From: Pseudovirgaria hyperparasitica
Taxonomy: Eukaryota
Strand: one strand, 5' to 3'
Assembly (NCBI GenBank): GCA_010093815.1
Contig: ML996568.1
DNA: 64,000 bases
Of this stretch, positions 60,033 to 64,000 are shown one piece after another. The first letter of the stretch is position 1; each line of letters starts with the position of its first letter. The notes beneath the pieces were generated by a model. That model was not told the origin of the DNA and did no database searches. It saw only the letters and a program-made list of their open reading frames with translations. The translations under genes and the position numbers were made by a program.

Positions 60033-61820
60033 ATCTTAGATTATAAGAAGTTGAGGGTTGAAGGATGGTGACTTGTCGACAAGGGAGGATGTTGTGCGTG
60101 GGAAACGGCGCTAGATGCTGAGGTTGATCGTAAAGCAGAGCAGAAGTTGACGATCGCAAGGATGGGAGGGAATTGAGAGGAACACGAGGCGTAGGAATGC
60201 TATAATGTCAAAAGCGGTTGCCTGGGAGCATCCACTTGTCCTCAACGCGACTGATATCCAGATGATGCTGGAGCTACCTACTACGTACAGGTGTTCAAGT
60301 ATTGGGGCTCGAGCGTGGGCTCGGACGGCTTTTCTTCGGCACAGCTTAGTGTGAAAGTGATTCAACGCGCAGAATGCGGTCATGATCTCCATACATTCAC
60401 TCAACTATATCAGCTTGACTGCTTAATCCTCAGTCGGCTCGATGTTACCACACATGAATGTAGCCTTTGTCTCAACGACAAGCCCGCAACAGCTCTAGAC
60501 TACAGTAGATCCTCTCAAGGTGATCGAGTAATGGAGGCGAGATTCTCAAACGGGTACTGCCAAAAGTTCCGGAATATCCTGGCGTTACAACTAGGCTTGT
60601 GGCTCTGGTGCCGTTACAAGGATCGAGGTATCATCCTACAACTTGGTACCACATGGGCGTCTCGAGCAATTATATGCCACTGTAGTTGGGTGCAATATTG
60701 GGAGGCTGTATCATCATTAACAGTCAAGACTTGGGTTATAGGCAGACATATGATATGTCACGATATCACAGATAATGATTATGGACGGTACAAAAGGTTT
60801 TACTTGCAATCCAAAGTCTAAGCAGAACTTCCTCTGCTTTCCCTCAACCAGTCTCAGTACTTAAGTTATGCAACCTCACTGCCACTAATCCTTCACAATT
60901 CGTACACTTAGCCGCAGTTAATGTATCCCTTCCCGTGTCTGGCTCATTGCATTGCTCTCAATGTACTTATTACCTTGTTAGGACCATACTTTAATGTCAC
61001 GATATCTCCTAGGCATTCATTTTGATCAGAGTCCGAATATATCTCCGGCGAATCATAAATAGGCAAGACAGCTCTCCTCAACCCTGACAAGCTGATATTA
61101 CAATGATACGCTCACTTTCAAAACCCACAAGTATGAGAGATCATACCACACTTGCCATTCCTTTTGGTGCAAATGATCGTGCCCGGCTCTCACGGTATCA
61201 ATGTGTGCGCTCCAGCTGCCAAATACATATGTTATCTGCGGTCATCAACGCACGGTATTTTACACGAGCATGCCTGGTTGTCCACCTTTTTTACATGGAC
61301 AGTTAAGCGCCCAATCACGGTTTTGAGATATCTTATTAACATATCTGAACTATTTCTATATCGTATGGCTGAATCTCTCGAATTTAATACTTAACATAAG
61401 ACTTACATGGCTCTTAAAAACTTCTTATGTGACTAGATAACCTAGTATGTCTACTCGATAACAAGAGTATCAGTCAATAGGTAGGACACTCTGCTAAGCA
61501 TTTTCAGCACCTAGACTACAAGGACAGATAACGTCTCATCTATGTTCATGTCTGTCTGTCACCCAACACAAGCAGACGTCGCATAATAAGTGTCTGGTCC
61601 AGTCACATCGTGGAAGAGTCGCAGATCAGACGGGCAGAGTTGTATGTAGTGGCAGGCTGCTACGTGTGTGACAATTTTGAAGATGACAAGGGATTGTGTC
61701 TTTTGAACTCCCTACGGCACGCAACAAGAACTGGGACATATAATATACAGAAGTATGATGAGGATGGTGGAGGTACTCCGTTGACTGCCTTTTATTCGAT
61801 GTCTCTACACATATACACTA

Positions 61821-63134
61821 CTACTCGAAGATATGGTTCGATATAGTGTCCTTCGGTAATCGCCACAAGCATACCAATCGATCATAGAAGCTCGTCGACA
61901 CAACTAGGCCCTTTCCTCGCACAACATCGCACCCATAGTTCATACTTTTGTGCTCTTCGAATCTCCCAATCACTTCAAGCTCCCATTTCCCGTCCTGATC
62001 ACCCTCCGCATCAAATCCTTCACCTCCGATCCTCCGCAACCTAATCAGTCTTACACCAGCATACATACAACATACGAGGAGATCCATTTCAAAGCCCTTC
62101 TCACTCCTCCACTTGCCCAAAGTTTTCACCCGCCAGACACCCCCACCCAAATTCTCCTCTGCCAATACCCTTCGCCGTCCTACCTTCGGCACATACACGA
62201 CGCGTAGGTAATCATCATAGCTGCCTGTTATACACACTTTCCCACTGCTAGTCAGCGGCAGCACAGCCGTCACACCCGCGCCATGGATCTTTCTCTCCGC
62301 CCAATCCACTCTCGTATCCGCACCTTGCTGCAGCACACTGGAAATCGATTGCTCAACGCCCGTGTTGTCAAATTGGGGCAGTGAGACATATCGCAGCGCT
62401 GCGTCATCTGCGCCAGAAAACAGTCCGCTTCCGTCAGGTGCGAATGCCGTGATCCATGCTTCGAGATCGTGGGTAAGGACCTGTACAGTTTCGCTGCATA
62501 CCGGTGTGTCCGGTCTAGGGATATGCAAGAGATAGGTGGCGTTTGTGCTCAATGTGCATGCAAGAACAGATGGAGCGCTCGGGTGGAAGACAAAAGAGGT
62601 GATCAGGGATGATAGAGGGAAGAATTGAATTGTACGAGAGTGTGTGATGTACCCTTGGTCTAGGGATTGTGGATTTAGAGTGTAAAGAGCGACAGAGCCG
62701 GTTGATGTCGCGGCGACGAGGATGGAGCTGTTGAATGGGTCGAAGTGAATATCCAGGATTGCGAATGGCGTAGGAAGAGTTTGAAGCACCGTACTGGGAG
62801 ATTTGTTAGACGTTGTAAGTATAGGGGCGAAACTCAGGGGTAGAGACAGGCTTTAGGCAGAACTGAGAAGCTTCGCAGAGGCAGACTTGCAATGCGAAGA
62901 ACGAAGCAAAACTCACACCGATTCTGCCTCCACACTCAACAGCACCAGACTTCCATTCCTCTCTTGTGTCTTCTTACTATGCTCTGCTATTTCCTCTCCT
63001 TTGCAGTTTTCGTCTTCGCTCTTCTCCAATAGATACGTTCCAACAACCGCCCAGTCCTTCGATCCTGGCCAAAACTCAACACAGCACGGCGGGAAGTCCA
63101 GCACCAATGAGGAAATCGAGGCAATAGAGACCAT
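61821..63134 (-). CDS. DPH7: Diphthine methyl ester methylesterase (WD40)
   Basis: LDFPPCCVEF..VVGTYLL, RNGSL, HDLEAW, LFSGADD, HGAGVTAVLP, TGSYDD, LGGGVWR, CMYAG, EHKSMNYG, STSFYD; one intron. Confidence 0.9.
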
Positions 63135-63579
63135 TCTGATCCAGGTCCCAAGTCGATCAATGGCATATCTCCTTGTGCGAGAAAACCGAGTTATATGGAA
63201 AGCTTGTGGGTAAGAAATCTCCCTGTTTTTGCCTAGCGCGACCCACCAAAGCGCTTTGAAAGTGAACCCCACTGCTGCTCCCCATCTCAACGATGGTCAT
63301 CACAATTATATACACATTGGACACCCCTGGCATAGTTGTCACAAAACTCTTGAGAGCAATATTCTCATCACTGTTGCCCAGGTACCCAGTTGTCCTTGAT
63401 TGATTCCAGCTGCACAGTTTTCATTTGTAGTCCGCGGCCTAGATGTAGGAGTCTTTGGTTCTACGCCCAAGCAAGAGAGAAATTGCGCCCGTAATCAATT
63501 GAAAAACCCTATACGACCAAATCGTAGCGAATAGAGCACTGTAATCAGTAATTAAGCATATTTCAGCATCCACAAACGT

Positions 63580-64000
63580 TCAAACGCGCTCCACATAGAA
63601 GGCACCACCTGCGAAGATAAGTCGAATCGCGAAGGGTGCCATCAATAATAGCATGAGTCCCTGCTTATTAGACATTTCCTCCATTTTACCATGAACGGAG
63701 CGGTAGTAACGTATACGATATACAGGACTTCGACTCTGCGAGAGGTAATGGGACAGCAGGCTCCTTATGTGCCGAATTTCACCTAATGAACGTCGAAAGC
63801 CAATATATTTCGATGTATGCAGTACCCGCGCGATGCCTGTATCGATAGGCACACAATCTTGCTCTGTAAGGTTATCCACATATCTGGCAGTCTTCCACAT
63901 ACATGGCGAGATGTTAATGCCGTTGTTGTATTTGCAGCACTGCGCAGGATAGATCCAGTGCCAGAATTGACTTGGATCCAATATCTGGAAATTATCAAAG
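63580..64000 (-). CDS. Possible 3' end of a hypothetical gene running off the window
   Basis: Frame stays open from the window edge to 63580; no recognisable motif. Confidence 0.3.
   Translation of the reverse strand, partial: FDNFQILDPSQFWHWIYPAQCCKYNNGINISPCMWKTARYVDNLTEQDCVPIDTGIARVLHTSKYIGFRRSLGEIRHIRSLLSHYLSQSRSPVYRIRYYRSVHGKMEEMSNKQGLMLLLMAPFAIRLIFAGGAFYVERV

Noticed and set aside
60291..61846. ORFs between SEC24 and DPH7
   Set aside because: No motifs and no coherent exon chain.
63230..63560. Possible ncRNA (GTGATGA boxes on the minus strand, ATACGACCA 5S-like word)
   Set aside because: No matching box D or convincing stem, and no extended 5S, tRNA or snRNA similarity. No RNA gene could be supported anywhere in the window.

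Overview
Filamentous ascomycete (Pezizomycotina) genomic DNA, judged from short GT-AG introns with CTRAY branch sites and a strong RIP signature, with three zones. (1) 1-24.67 kb is an AT-rich, RIP-mutated (CpA/TpG->TpA) nest of transposons. It holds a Tad-like LINE 3' part, two different Ty3/Gypsy chromoviruses on the minus strand (3723-10760 with a TATAT TSD; 10981-19937 with no matching TSD), a TRIM, a tandem non-autonomous LTR element with a self-nested solo LTR, and a Copia 3' fragment. A 10-N gap inside the second Gypsy has 904 bp duplicated on either side. (2) About 24.7-37 kb is an accessory-looking border zone with an SRPK-like kinase, an APH-like phosphotransferase, two tiny Cys-rich ORFs (one with a premature TAG), degenerate ORFs, a signal-peptide crotonase and a siderophore-iron MFS transporter. 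(3) About 37.5-64 kb holds conserved genes, all on the minus strand: PET112/gatB, Mis14/Nsl1-like, a multi-TM protein, AIP1, OXP1, an nsdC/USV1-like C2H2 factor, SEC24 and DPH7. The most interesting signal appears after de-RIPing by eye: both Gypsy elements carry, next to the 3' LTR, an intron-containing accessory gene antisense and convergent to pol. Each encodes a Cys-cluster (zinc-cluster-like) motif followed by a helical/coiled-coil region, and neither shows in the ORF track. All de-RIP reconstructions and family calls are by eye, without database searches.
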